57,717 nt of DNA, filler included, from Bipalium vagum (GCA_037834085.1; 3 parts of 3 records of this genome joined end to end with filler, not necessarily neighbours in it), one strand, 5' to 3'. Shown: positions 25,001 to 37,590, counted from the first letter of the whole stretch. Notes: generated from the sequence alone by a model not told the origin. Program-made: numbers and translations.

Positions 25001-25602
25001 GAAAAGGCTGGATGTTGAAGAAAGTTGTACCGAAATTTATGCAATCTTTGTTCAGTTCTCTCGTATTGGTGAGCAGGTGAATTGTCATGATGAAAACACT
25101 TTTTTATTATTCAAATAAGGTCGTTCCTTCTATGTTATATACTTCACAAACTTTTACTCATCGATCTTCCAAAAATATCGTGGATTTTATCGATCATTTC
25201 TAGCATAATCATCTCTTTCGGACAACCTGATCGTTGTTTGTCAATTAAGCTTGATCAACCATGTTTAAATTCAGCGAACCAAAATCACCATAAAATCTGA
25301 TGGAGCAGATTAATGTTTCTTCAACTTTCCTGATATTTCTTTGTTCATTTTCACTTTTAAAAGGTAGTGTTTAATCACTAGACGAAATTCATTTTACTCC
25401 ATTTTTCATAGAATTAAAAAGTTACGCATTTCAAAAGATTTAAACAAAAGCCTAACGCTTGAATTAATATAAAAATTTATAAAATTAAATTAGTTGATTG
25501 TACTTCTCAATGATGAAGTTTATTTAACTTTTGTGACGATACTCATTTGTCAGGTAGCTTACTTATCAATCCACCATCATAGGTTTTGAACGACCAATTA
25601 AT
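25000..25602 (-). mobile_element. Mariner (irritans/Himar1-like) internally deleted remnant
   Basis: ME*NEFRLVIKHYLLK..WFAEFKHG*SSLIDKQRSGCPKEM..IDKIHDI fused to RPYLNNKK..HHDNSPAH..FLQHPAFS. Confidence 0.8.
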
Positions 25603-26489
25603 ATTTATCCTAGTTATGAAAAATAATATTAAAAGTCGGCAAAACATCATGATGTACCTCAAGACTTATCATAGACATTATTTCATCATAGAATAATGTC
25701 TTTTAATTATCTTTCAAAAACTGGATAGAACCTCCAAAGCAATTTGATACAATATTGTGCTAGGGTTAAATAAAAGTTTAAGGAGCTTCACCGAACGATC
25801 GTAATTATTATTTTAATAAAAATATTTATCCCTTTTCCAATTTGTTTGCAAAGTAATCCTAAAACTTATGACATTCTCCTCCTTCTCCTTTCAGTCTTAA
25901 AAAATAATAATTTATTTATATTAATAATTGCAATAGATCATTTTTCAACGACTTTATCTCTTTGAAAGTACTTTCAGCTCACTAAAACCGGGGATCTCAA
26001 TAATAAACCATTCTTCAACAGCAACGGAAAAATAAATAATCAAATTATCAAAGCAATTTATCTCTTTATATACACTGGTGATTGCTTTTCCATCTATTTC
26101 TCGTTGATTGAATTAGAAATTTGTTGTTACGAATCGTAAAACGTCTTAGCCCCTAATTCTAGTACCAAATTCCTTCGAATATAATCTTATAATCCTAAGT
26201 TAATGCGAAAGAAAGAAGTCTTAGATGAAAGTCAGCAACATTCGTTTAAGGACTCAAGTACTCTCTGTCAGACTGATATAAACAGTTTTGTGATAACTCG
26301 TACTAATATTAGACGGATGAGACTGAACGCCATCTTTGATATGTAAAATATGAATCTACGTATGATTAGGTATAACTGTGAGATAAAACTTATATATATT
26401 CATAATTAATAAATAATTTTATTTGGTTGTGAAATATTATTTATATATTTTTTATTTCGATGTTTATACCGCAAAACAAATAATTTAAA

Positions 26490-26850
26490 AATGCCTTAAG
26501 TCACTGATAATCGATATATTTAGTAAAGTATCAATTTCTTTTGTCTTGTCATGTCTAAGGCTTGCCATACCATATAAAAGTCATAAACGTACATTAGTCA
26601 TTATCTTAGATCGGCTATGTTCATCAAAATATGGGTTTTCATATCATTATGTTCCCCGCTGTATACGTATATACACAAAAAGGATCAACATGGTGATGTT
26701 GAAGAGGTCTTTAAAGAAACTGGGGTTCGTATCAACAAAGCAAGAAGTTTAAGTTCATTCAAGAAAAGATGCTTAAGTTCTTTGTTCGTTTTATGATTGA
26801 AATTTGATAAATTATGGATTTCAGTCCTTTCTTTTGATGGATACTTTCTA
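26490..26850 (+). mobile_element. Possible IS630/Tc1-like remnant
   Basis: MLKRSLKKLGFVSTK resembles the IS630/Tc1 LxxLGFTxKK helix; the rest is badly decayed. Confidence 0.3.
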
Positions 26851-28097
26851 TAATAACAGTCGTTTTATTTTATAAATTTTAAAAGCGCTTTTGTGAAGAG
26901 TACAGAATTAAAGTATTGGTTAAGTTTAAATCTCCCTTTTAAATATTGTATCAATATTAAATAAACAATAATAAAACCAAAAAAATCCAAAAGTCAAAAT
27001 AAAGAGGACTCTCCTCTTTAAAATTTCCACTTTAAAAGCCCTAACCATCTAAATTCTTCCATTCTAGGTTCCAGTTTCGACATTTAATTTGCGAAAAATC
27101 CAAGCTAGGATATGTTACACAAGGATAAACACAAAGCAAAACAATTGATTCATTTTTTCGGAGTTACTCCAAAGTATTATGTTCCCTGGTTTCTGTAGTC
27201 TTAAATCACACTAAAAGTCTTTGTCTTTTTACAAAGGAAACAGGAAGATTGAGAATAATTATTTTTTGAAAAATATAAATGCTTAACCGAAGATTATAAT
27301 TATGGTTTAGAATAATTGCAGCTGAAAGTCACCGCCATTGTTCTTAAAATAAACAGCCCAAAATAAAACAACTTTTTTCAGCTATGCCTAATTTTGTTAA
27401 TAATAAATAAAAGTCATCCTTAAAATCGATGATAATAATTTGACTATTTGTTCCTCTTTAAAGCCGTGTGCTCCGTATCTTACATGTCCCTGAAAATATC
27501 CTGAATTAGATAATTCATCATATCTACTGAATATTATAATATTAGAAAATATTTTTGTCCTTTCTCTGGGACATGACTCATTTTGGATGCAATAAATATG
27601 AAGATATTAAAAAAAGAAGTAAAGCAGTGTAATGAGTTTCTAAAACAAGTTCACCATGTAAGTAATATTATTTTTGTTTAATAGATTTTTTTATTAATTT
27701 TTTCTTGTTACTTGGTCTTTGTATTCATTTTCTGTATTACTATTTATATCGATCAATGTTTACTATTTAAATCAATGAATATTTTAAAAATAAATTTCTG
27801 TTTTAAAATGACATAAAAGGATTTTTTTGAAAAATCTTCTTGTACAAGTATTTATGTGTACTTATTACCCAACGGACATTCTCTGTCCCACGTCATGTTA
27901 CGAGAAAATATTCACACTAATAAAAAATATTTGTTTTAATGAATTCATTCAAAATAATCAAAAATATTATATTTCCCGGAATTTAATTTTATTTACAGAA
28001 AAATATTTTAGAAAACATTATCATAATTGTTATTATTATATTTATACCAATAATTTTCTGTTTTATCAATGACTAGACAGCACTTGACTCCATCAAT

Positions 28098-28277
28098 TTT
28101 CTTCGACTCCAAACCATCGGATTGGTACAAAAGTGGGATTCAAAAAATTGCAGAACGTTGGGCCCTTGTTTGTGCAAATGATGGATATTATTTTAGTAAC
28201 TGATATTTGTTTTGTGCAATAAAATTTTAAAAAGAATTTTTTATTCAAAACGCTCATTTTTTATGGGACACCCTAAT
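28098..28277 (+). mobile_element. Mariner 3' end with TIR
   Basis: FFDSKPSDWYKSGIQKIAERWALVCANDGYYFSN* followed by AACGCTCATTTTTTATGGGACACCCTAA-TA. Confidence 0.85.
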
Positions 28278-29834
28278 ATAATATTTATTTATAATAAGTA
28301 TTTCGTTCCAAATATTTTGAGTTTCAATTAAAATAAATCATACAGAATTAATATATTTTTAACTTGATATAATTTTTGGCTTTTTGCTCTCATTTAAAAA
28401 TAAATCATGAAAAATTGTCGTCGGTCGATTTATCACGGATTTATAAAATAATTAAATTTATAATATTAATATTACCAAGTCATAAAATTCCTAAAATTCT
28501 GAGCTCCGTAAAACTTTTGTGAATAGTAAATTATAAAATTGTCATAAAAAATAAATTCCATAATTATTCATTTCTCCAAAACCAAATAAATAATTATTAT
28601 TTCTCCTTCTTCATAAAAATAATAGCTTAAATAAATAATGTTAGTTTCGAAAAATTGCTACACCTCATTTCATTATATATTCGTCGCGAAGTTGATTTTT
28701 CAATTTTCAGAATATTTTTTCCATTTTTTTTATTTTATTTTTAATTTGAAATAATTAATTATAATTTTTATCTTTTAAATGTGTTTTCGTAGGAAGAAAA
28801 ATATCTTATCGAACAGAAATTTTACCCAATTCCTTTGATGACGATAAATCAAGGGGAAAATTATTCCACTCATCAATTATTATTTATATTTTTTAAATTC
28901 ACGAAAACAATCACTGAAAATTAGAGCTGATAAACAGACTCTTAGATTGGGTAAAATATTACTAATTAATATAAATATATAAATAAATAAAATTATTTGG
29001 TGTACCTCAAATGGTTATTAAAATTATTTGTTTAATATTAGAGGGCATTATTATAAATAGAATATATTGGAGACTCCCTTTCTTCTGAAAAGTTTTCCTA
29101 AATACTCCTCACAATTTCTTCATACTTTATTATTCTATTTTTAAAGTAATTATAAATAATAAAAACATGTACAGTTTCCCAAACAATGTTTATTATTTAT
29201 CATCCACAAAAGTATATAATTAGAATACTGAGTTTTCTCCAGAGAAATGAGCTTTTCTTCTAGACAGAGAAATATTAATTGTAATGAAGTTGAACATCCA
29301 CAATTCCTTTATGAAGACATCACCGGGAAGGTATTAGACAAATAAAATAATATTAATAATAAAATCAATTTTAATAAGTGTTATCATTTAAAAATATGAG
29401 GATATATATATTTTTAATAAAATACTGAGTGTGTACAAAGTAAGTATCCGACTTTAGAATGTAATACCGTAAAATATATTCAACACAAGACTTCACATTT
29501 TTGAAGCAGTACATTTATATATTAAAATGTAATATTTTTCTACAGATTGGGAATCAACTTAAATACACTTGTGTAAGCGATTATAAAAGTTATTTATATC
29601 ATTTTGAAATTAAAACAATGATTGGTGTGTATCTGTCACAATCATTAAAGAAATCAATAATTATTGATTATATTAATATTATAAGGAAAATTGTAGATAT
29701 TTTAAACGATCACATTATTAACACCAATTAGTTCCTAATCCATAAGTATAAGTTTTTATTGATTATTTTTCTTTTCACGAATTCGAAATATTCCAACAAA
29801 TTTAGGCAAACCATGGGATTCCTATATAATAATA

Positions 29835-30377
29835 TATTGGTTTGTTTAAAAGGTTTCCCACGATTTTAGCAATATGAAAAACGTAAGAATACTTAGACAA
29901 TTTTATTTTGCATTTTGGTCGACAAAGTTTGCCATTTCTTTGGTAAAGATAGAATTCCGTAACTGTAGAACTTCTCTGAATTTCGCTGAAAAACTGAGAT
30001 AAGTGGTTTTTGGTGTTCTCCTTTGAATTTAATTTTGCCCCATCAAGGAAATTCTGCAGTGAACAAAACAAATGATAGTCTGGCAGTGTAATATCAGGAT
30101 TATATGAAGGATGCAACAAAACTTTCCAATCAAGGTCCTTCTATTTTTTCGGAGTCATTAAAGACACATATGGTTTTGTGTTGTCATGGCCTTTCCTATT
30201 GATCAATTTTGGACACTTAATAGAGTCCTGCTGTACTCTAGTTAATTGTTGACAGTAGAAAGCATAGTCACATGTTGAGCTGACTTGAGTATTTATTGGT
30301 AATTGACTCCTTTATAATCTCACTAGATGCAAAGCGTGACATTCATTGTCGTCAATTTTGGCTTTCCCACGGCTTAA
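29835..30377 (-). mobile_element. Mariner (mellifera-like) 3' half
   Basis: KPKLTTMNVTLCI..DYKGV and LHPSYNPDITLPDYHLFCSLQNFLDGAKLNSKENTKNHLSQFF; TIR-like end near 29835. Broken at TA 30378-30379. Confidence 0.85.
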
Positions 30378-30379
30378 TA

Positions 30380-30480
30380 CAGTAAAACCTCCTACATCAA
30401 AGCAACAAGTGTTCATTTATGAAAGGAGTTACTTCTCTTAGGTTGTTGAATTGAAAAATTAATATAAATTCTGTTTTCGT
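30380..30480. mobile_element. Tigger/pogo-type terminus
   Basis: TA-CAGTAAAACCTCC, a typical pogo/Tigger TIR start, located exactly where the mariner homology stops. Partner TIR not found. Confidence 0.5.
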
Positions 30481-31209
30481 TTATAATAATATCTTGGGTA
30501 TTGCTTTAATATTATAATGAAGGTGCATGCTTTGTTGTAGTCTGTAAATATTCAATTGATTTTTAAAATGTAATAAACATTTTAGATAAAATTGAGCAAA
30601 AATAAAATATAAGATGTGTCTCCTATATTATTATTATAAACAAGAAAAAAGGCAAAAGAATCCCACGATATCCAATGTCAAGTATTTAGTAACGAGAAAC
30701 ATATTTTTGTTTTGAGAAATACGTTTTTTTTGTTACCTCGAAGAGCTCTATGGTTCCAATAATTTAATTTTTTAGTATTAAAAAACATCCTCATAATTAA
30801 GAATTTAATGATTATAATTATATTTCTGGTTTCCGTTTTGATTTTCTCTATTAAATTTTTATTTTTAAAAAGATTCGACTGATTATGGAAATAAAATTGA
30901 CAAATGTATATTTGTATTTGGTACAATGACAATAACTGTCATTATGTGGAAATCAATTTCTGACACTTTAAAGACAAGATGATATAATTTTATCCCCAAC
31001 GCTTACTCTGGTACTGATGAAGCCATTTCCAAAGTAGGAACAATATACATTTCGTGAATCTTATGAGCCTATTCAATAAACCCACTCTTTTTTCATCTGA
31101 CAGCCTTCTCATCAAACCCAACACAAATGACAATATGTAATTCTTCCTGATTCATTTTCTTGAAAAAAAATATGGCTTAATCCAGAATTTTATTAAAAAT
31201 AATATTCTC

Positions 31210-31930
31210 TCTTAAATGGAGTCTAATTAATAGGTTTGTATAAAAATATATACTTTCCAAAACAACAATAAAACAGTTTCAACCCAAAAGATATTGTCCA
31301 TCATTGTCAATGTTTCTTTGACTTAAAGAATGGATGTCAAACTTTTGCCTCTGATTTAAAGAACTTTGACACCCATTTTAGACCATCTCGTTTTTTCTGA
31401 ATGTTTTATTGTCCAAAGAAAGTTGCATCGATCTGAATAGATGGTAGTTCGATGAGGTCTACGTCTGGAATTTAGAGCGAATGACACAAAATTGTTCAGC
31501 CAAGTTCTTTGACTTTTTGTTGAGTGATTTTTGCAAAATGCGGCCGGACGTTATCACATCACGACAGTATAAAGCTTGGTTCACACGGTTGAGGTGTTCT
31601 ATCTTTAGTTCTATATTAATTGTTTACTTAAAGCATAACCTTGAATCCATGGATATTTGGTTTTGTTGTCGGTTTTAGTTGCTCATCAATGTTTAATCAC
31701 TGTCGTTTTGTTCTATTATTGTATAATATCCAATTTTCATCTGACATGCAATATAGACAAGAAATGGGCTGTTCTTAACTTTGTAAAGAATTCCAATATT
31801 GTATACTTGCGTCATTATATTGGAATCGCTAGGTTCGTGTGGAACTCATTTCTGGTTCTGTTTACCATTCAAATTTCATGCAGGTGGTTTGCATTAGTAA
31901 TAAGAGTGCAGCAAAACTTTTCTGAAAACT
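31210..31930 (-). mobile_element. Decayed mariner
   Basis: *VPHE, DENWILYNNRTKRQ*L..KPNIHGFKVML, DNVRPHFAKITQQKVKELG and a C-terminal DNDGQY. Confidence 0.85.
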
Positions 31931-32079
31931 CACAGTAGACTGACAACAATGTATATAAGAAGGATAATCAGGTCATAGGAATTATTGAATAGAAAATATA
32001 TTTCCCAGATAAGCAGGTATGCAATAGCTTATGATGTAATACACACAAAATAATCTGAACACAATTAAAAGGGAACAGC

Positions 32080-32700
32080 TTAAAGATTTATGAAAAAACT
32101 CCAAAAGTTTGGTTTGTCGAAAAACTATGGGATTATTGTGCAATTCATCAGATATTTGAGGATTCCATTGTTCAAATTTATTCATCATATGAAAATAACC
32201 TTTTAATTTTGCAAAATTCTTAAGTATTTTTAAAGATGAAATCTGTTCATTTGAAGCTGGCATTTCAATTTCTTCATCAAATTCTGTCTATGGAATTTCT
32301 TTCTACGGAAAAAAATCTTCAACATCAACATTTGAAATGTTTTGATATTCATAATTTTGTATTTTTCCAGCTAAAGTTAGCATTCATTTACTGGTAACAT
32401 CCTTTTCTACATCAAAAGATTCTCCGCATAAAATTTGGTATGACATCTTCTTGTACATTTTAAAATGTTCCAACCATCTATTAGAACCGCAAAGATTGCT
32501 AATCCCCATTGCTACAGGAAGCCATAGAGCCTTTTCTTTCTGATTGATTTTGATATGTTCTTAATATAAAACTGAATGATTAGAGTCTTCATTGTCTCAT
32601 CAATATTCTCGTTATCAAAAAATATCTCAATTAATTCACCGTTATTTATTTTCATAGTTACTTTAAGCTTAGCTTAAGGATTTTTCTTTCATGAAACACA
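32080..32700 (-). mobile_element. Tigger/pogo transposase remnant, DDE core deleted
   Basis: EKALWLPVAMGISNLCGSNRWLEHFKMYKKMSYQILCGESFDV..YQNISNVD (CENP-B HTH plus the IFNADE position), fused to a C-terminal RQTKLLEFF. Confidence 0.8.
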
Positions 32701-33884
32701 ACAGAAAAAGATTAGTGCAATTATCAATTTAAGCATAAGAAATTGTAGCCTTGAAGAGGACTGTTAACATCCTCAAAAATGACAAAAATTTATGGACAAG
32801 CTTTAAAATCGATAATAAGCCGTTTAAACAAAATGGAGATAAACCAATTTTCAACCTTTACATTTACATAATAGTAATAACAGTGTAACATGTTCACAGT
32901 TTACTGAATTTGTTTGAATATTTCGGAATTGTGATAAGAAAAGAAATCATTAAAACCTATAATTATTGATTATAAAATAAAGGATAGCATGGATCACTTA
33001 AAATATCCTCGGAATACTTCTGATCTTTTCAACGAGTATCATATATTTTTATAATTTTATAATTTTGTTCACATTTTCTTCTGGCAATTTCGTCACAAAA
33101 CGACACAGACGAGAATCACCTCAAATACTCTGTCTACAGTACGAAATATAGAGTACTGCCTAAATTCGATATTACGACTGAATTAAATTGTACAAAAATC
33201 TGTTTTCACCATATTTATTATTTAGGTGGGTTTTTTAACAAATTTAAAACAAAACTTAACNNNNNNNNNNNNNNNNNNNNNNNNNNNNNNNNNNNNNNNN
33301 NNNNNNNNNNNNNNNNNNNNNNNNNNNNNNNNNNNNNNNNNNNNNNNNNNNNNNNNNNNNNNNNNNNNNNNNNNNNNNNNNNNNNNNNNNNNNNNNNNNN
33401 NNNNNNNNNNNNNNNNNNNNNNNNNNNNNNNNNNNNNNNNNNNNNNNNNNNNNNNNNNNNNNNNNNNNNNNNNNNNNAATATTTCATTTATTGAGAATTA
33501 TGTTTTCTTAAATTCAAGGTGATCAACTAACCACTTGGAATTTTTATTGTCTTTAGGGGACCGAAGTGTCTAACTAATGACCATGGGTGGTTGAATCTTT
33601 ATAGTTGGTAAGAGCGTTATATATTTTTCATTTATCTAATTTTGCGATTTAATAATTATAATGATAGTATCATTTTTTGTTTGTGATTTATAAATTCGGT
33701 TTTTTAACTTGAACATGTATTGATTAAAATTTGATTCGATTAGTATATTTTCGTTATTTGATTAACATTATTGACAATTGATTATCATTCTCATTTGCTT
33801 TGTATTCCAATTACGATTGTGAATATTTATTATTTGATTGTGATTGCATATTGAACTGATTATTTCTTTAGTTACACCAACTAG

Positions 33885-35140
33885 TGAAAAAAGAGTCAGA
33901 TTGAAACTTAAATTTTACAAGATTTTCAGTAAATCTTATAAATAAAATAAAAGGTAATATGTACCTTATTTTATCACCTAATTAAATAAACTATTTTTTT
34001 AAAAGAAAGATTATATTCTAAAGTTTAATTCATGAAAAAAGTTGTCACCATTAACATCGTTTACATTCGTTTTACAGTACCATCAAAAAATGTTTGTAGT
34101 TTCTTTTTTATGGATTTTGTTTCTTGTCCATTCTTGTAATTCAAATCGACAATATCATGAACCTTGATTTGAAATTGTTTGTCTTAATGTATCATAGTAG
34201 AAAAAAGTCGAAGACCAAGATAGTGGACCGCATCTGCCAATCCACCGTCCATTCAATTTTTCATTTAACCACCATTTCATTTAAAAATTTTTCTGCAAGA
34301 GGATCTTATTAGTAAGTCTTTTTCGTTTAATGATGGATAAAACTAATCCTTTAACATTTTTAGATAATTTTTCCCATTGACTATTCTATCTTCAAAAAAA
34401 TGTGGGTCAATGATTTGGGTGCTAGACATTGCACATTTTACGTTCACTTTGGCTGAAAATGAGCAATTTCGACGCTATTAAAAGAATAATTGGCGTTCAA
34501 CAACGGCAAAAATGTTTACTTACAAATCCGGAAATTTGAAAAGTTGATTCATCAGAAAAAAATTGTTGCCATTGTTTGTCTAATCGTCAAGAATCGGTAT
34601 CAGGTTTTTCGACATTTCCATATCTTCGTCATATAAGTGTTTCACACTATACATCATATATAGTTTATAATCAATGATTTCTCGCATAATTCGATGTTCT
34701 TGATATTTGGATAGGTTTGCCTCTCCAGGAATAACCTTAACACCGTTTTGAAGGTTCATTATCCAAAATTTGATTAACGTATTTAATTTAATTTTTTCTT
34801 ATTAAATATTGGAAGACTTTTCTGGACGAACACTGTCTTCAACTGAGCCTCTTTTAATAAGTTATAATGACATAATGGTATGTCTTCCTTGAATATTCGT
34901 TACTCAACGTCGTTTTAATTCACAAATTACCATGATAGATGACTCATTTCGCCATTAGGATTGAAACTTGAATTTTATTATCAAAAATAACCGTGATATT
35001 ATTGATTTCACATAAAATTTAAAATTTGAATATTACACTTATATTTAAAACAAAAATTGTTAGATTTGCATTAAAATCTTCAGAGATATTAACTTTTCTT
35101 TTTAATATGGTGTTAACTTTCAACCGACTCATCGAGTATC
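33885..35140 (-). mobile_element. rosa/DD41D (Tc1/mariner superfamily) decayed element
   Basis: FSDESTFQISGFVSKHFCR, KVNVKCAMSSTQIIDPHFFEDRIVNGKNYLKML, WLNEKLNGRWIGRCGPLSW. Degenerate TIRs GAGTC(G/A)G.TTGAAA.TTAA at both ends. Confidence 0.8.
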
Positions 35141-35562
35141 AACATATGATAAACAATACTTTTCAAATAAAACTAGATTTTATTACTCTATTATTAATAT
35201 TTGGAATATATATTTCATTCCTCCTTTCAAATTATCATTTAATTCACTTTAGTAATGTTGGAATATTTCATTTAAAACAAAACACTGAAATCGAGCAAAG
35301 AAATCCTTCACCAAAAAGCAGGTTGATTTTCGGCTGTTTCATGCTGAAACAGTAAATCTGAACTTAAATATGGTCGGAAGGTCAAACAGCCAGCAGGGCA
35401 GCTCGCAAGAGCCGGAGACTGTGAGAAAGTTTCCCATTTTGTCTGTGCCTGTTTTCTGCAAGTCAACGACGAATCAGAAATCGGTTTTGCAGACAAATTC
35501 TATTTTCCTCAAATTAATAAATGCAATTAATTACTTGCCATCGGTTTATTTAGTCGTCGTCA

Positions 35563-36858
35563 ATGGGCCATTTGTGTGACATCACCGACAGTCCCGACCA
35601 CCAATATTTCCAATTGCTCTTGAGCTTCAACGATTCTCTTTTGAACCAGATCATATCCGATTTCGGATTCGAAGACGATGCCGACACATTTCGACAGACA
35701 ATTCGAGCCAAAATCCCCGGAAAACTATTGATCCAATGTCGCATATTTCACCTGATCTGGAACATATTCCCACCAATTCTTTTTCTTCTCGGAACGATCG
35801 GTAACACGATAGCATTTTCCGTTCTTGTCCAGAGAAAATTGATTCGACTGACGACATATTACTATTTGGCAGTTTTGACATGTTTTGATCAAATGATCCT
35901 GATCATTGGTCTATTGAGACGATGGATCGAAAGAGTCGGCTCGTTTTCCAGCTCGGATCGTTGGACGATCTGGTGTCAGGCGTTCCAATTTATCGGCGTG
36001 TCGACGAGCTTCATGTCAACTTGGCTCATTGTCGCGGTGACTATGGAACGTTTGATCGTCATCAAGCTACCTTTGAGAGTTAATTCATTTATTAGCATTA
36101 GAAAGACCAAGGTCATTATCGCTTGTTTGTTCATTGCTGCTGTAACAATCAGTAGTCACTTTTTCCAGACCGTGGGGCTGGTAAACAGACATAATCGCTT
36201 GTCAACACCCAAATTTATCACCTCTTCTCACAATAACACTTTCTATTGTGATTTTAAGAACGATTATGTAAGATTCGCCAAGTTCTGGACGTTTGTAGAT
36301 GCCATTCTCTACAGCTGTTTACCTTTGATATTGATGACAGGCATGAATCTGTATATCGGCTATGGAATCTATCGAGCCGATCTGTTGAGAGGAGAAATGA
36401 TCCATGTCAACAATCATTTTCGACCAAATAACACAATCATTCTGAAAAAGTGCACGGACCGAAACAATCGGTTCTGCAGCTTTGGTTCTCGTTGCGGTTC
36501 AACGACGTTTGCTAATCGCGAAACCAGACAACTTACCATCATGCTTATGGTCGTTTCATGTACCTTTTTGATTACGACCTCTCCTTTAGTTCTTTTGAAA
36601 TTCTATTACAAACTGACGGGATATAACTATAGTGATGTTCTCTATTCCACGAAAATCGAACTCATGGACACGGTTTTTGAAATGTTAATGTATACCAACC
36701 ATTCTATCAATTTTCTGCTCTATTGCGCATCGGGAAAGAAATTCCGTTACCAAGTTATGAGGTTTTTTGAACATTATTCCTGTAAAAAGTCCGAAGATAT
36801 TATCGCGATCCGTTACAATCGCAACACGACCTTTTGTCAAATTCAAACCACCATTTGA
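35563..36858 (+). CDS. Class A (rhodopsin) peptide GPCR, FMRFamide-receptor-like / orphan neuropeptide receptor; uninterrupted ORF
   Basis: 431 aa with seven hydrophobic segments: TM1 GTIGN, TM2 YLAVLTCFD, ECL1 W..C, TM3 STWLIVAVTMERL..P, ECL2 Cys, TM5 YSCLP..N, TM6 FLITTSP, TM7 NHSINFLLYC, helix 8 GKKFR. Elevated GC. Confidence 0.95.
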   Translation: MGHLCDITDSPDHQYFQLLLSFNDSLLNQIISDFGFEDDADTFRQTIRAKIPGKLLIQCRIFHLIWNIFPPILFLLGTIGNTIAFSVLVQRKLIRLTTYYYLAVLTCFDQMILIIGLLRRWIERVGSFSSSDRWTIWCQAFQFIGVSTSFMSTWLIVAVTMERLIVIKLPLRVNSFISIRKTKVIIACLFIAAVTISSHFFQTVGLVNRHNRLSTPKFITSSHNNTFYCDFKNDYVRFAKFWTFVDAILYSCLPLILMTGMNLYIGYGIYRADLLRGEMIHVNNHFRPNNTIILKKCTDRNNRFCSFGSRCGSTTFANRETRQLTIMLMVVSCTFLITTSPLVLLKFYYKLTGYNYSDVLYSTKIELMDTVFEMLMYTNHSINFLLYCASGKKFRYQVMRFFEHYSCKKSEDIIAIRYNRNTTFCQIQTTI

Positions 36859-37199
36859 TCATTTAACGTTTGTTAAAACTCCATACAATGTAAAATATTT
36901 GTTGAATTATATTTTCATTTAGACTTATACGATTTGAAAGATATCACCTGAATTGTAAAACTCTTTGACTATGTTGACGAATGATTTATAACCTAAAGGG
37001 TCTCTTTCTTTGTATTGGGTTGTAACGTATGAAGTATGAAACCATATTTCATTTGGTTTTTTAAACAAATGTTAATCAGTGAATATCTTAGACTCTAAGG
37101 ATCAGTGGTTAAACTTATTTATTTGATAATGAATGATATATTTGTTTAAATAATCCAAATATTTAAAAATGTCAATATTACCAGAAATATCCATAAAAA

Positions 37200-37590
37200 C
37201 CAAAAGATATCGGCTATAATTAATAGTCAATAAACAAAACGGACACCGAAAAAGGATTGTGATAAATCATCTTTAAGAGTTTATATTTTACTATGTTATC
37301 TATTGTTAAATTCTGACGTTATTGTATTGTTATTTAAGCTTTAATATAACTTACTTTGATCGTTCAGGCACAAACGGTGCTCTATTTACATAATTTGAAT
37401 AATCATTTGTGTGAGATGTCTTGAGTTCAAAGACTCTGACCAAATTCTGATACGAAATTAATATACGTATTAAAATGTAAATAAAAAAGAAGAACTGGTA
37501 CAATTTTCGAAACATGTTTCATCATAATAAATGTTTAAATGGATTTTTGTGGTGAACTGATAGAAGGTGTGTATTTGAAAAATAAATATA
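37200..37590 (+). mobile_element. Penelope-like remnant with degenerate hammerhead
   Basis: Degenerate GIY-YIG-like text (RVYILLCY.., GALFT..NH), then TAAAATGTAAATA..GAAGAACT..TTCGAAACATGTTTCATCATAATAAATGTTT, homologous to 1602-1670 and 3387-3490. The CTGAT box is deleted. Confidence 0.5.
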
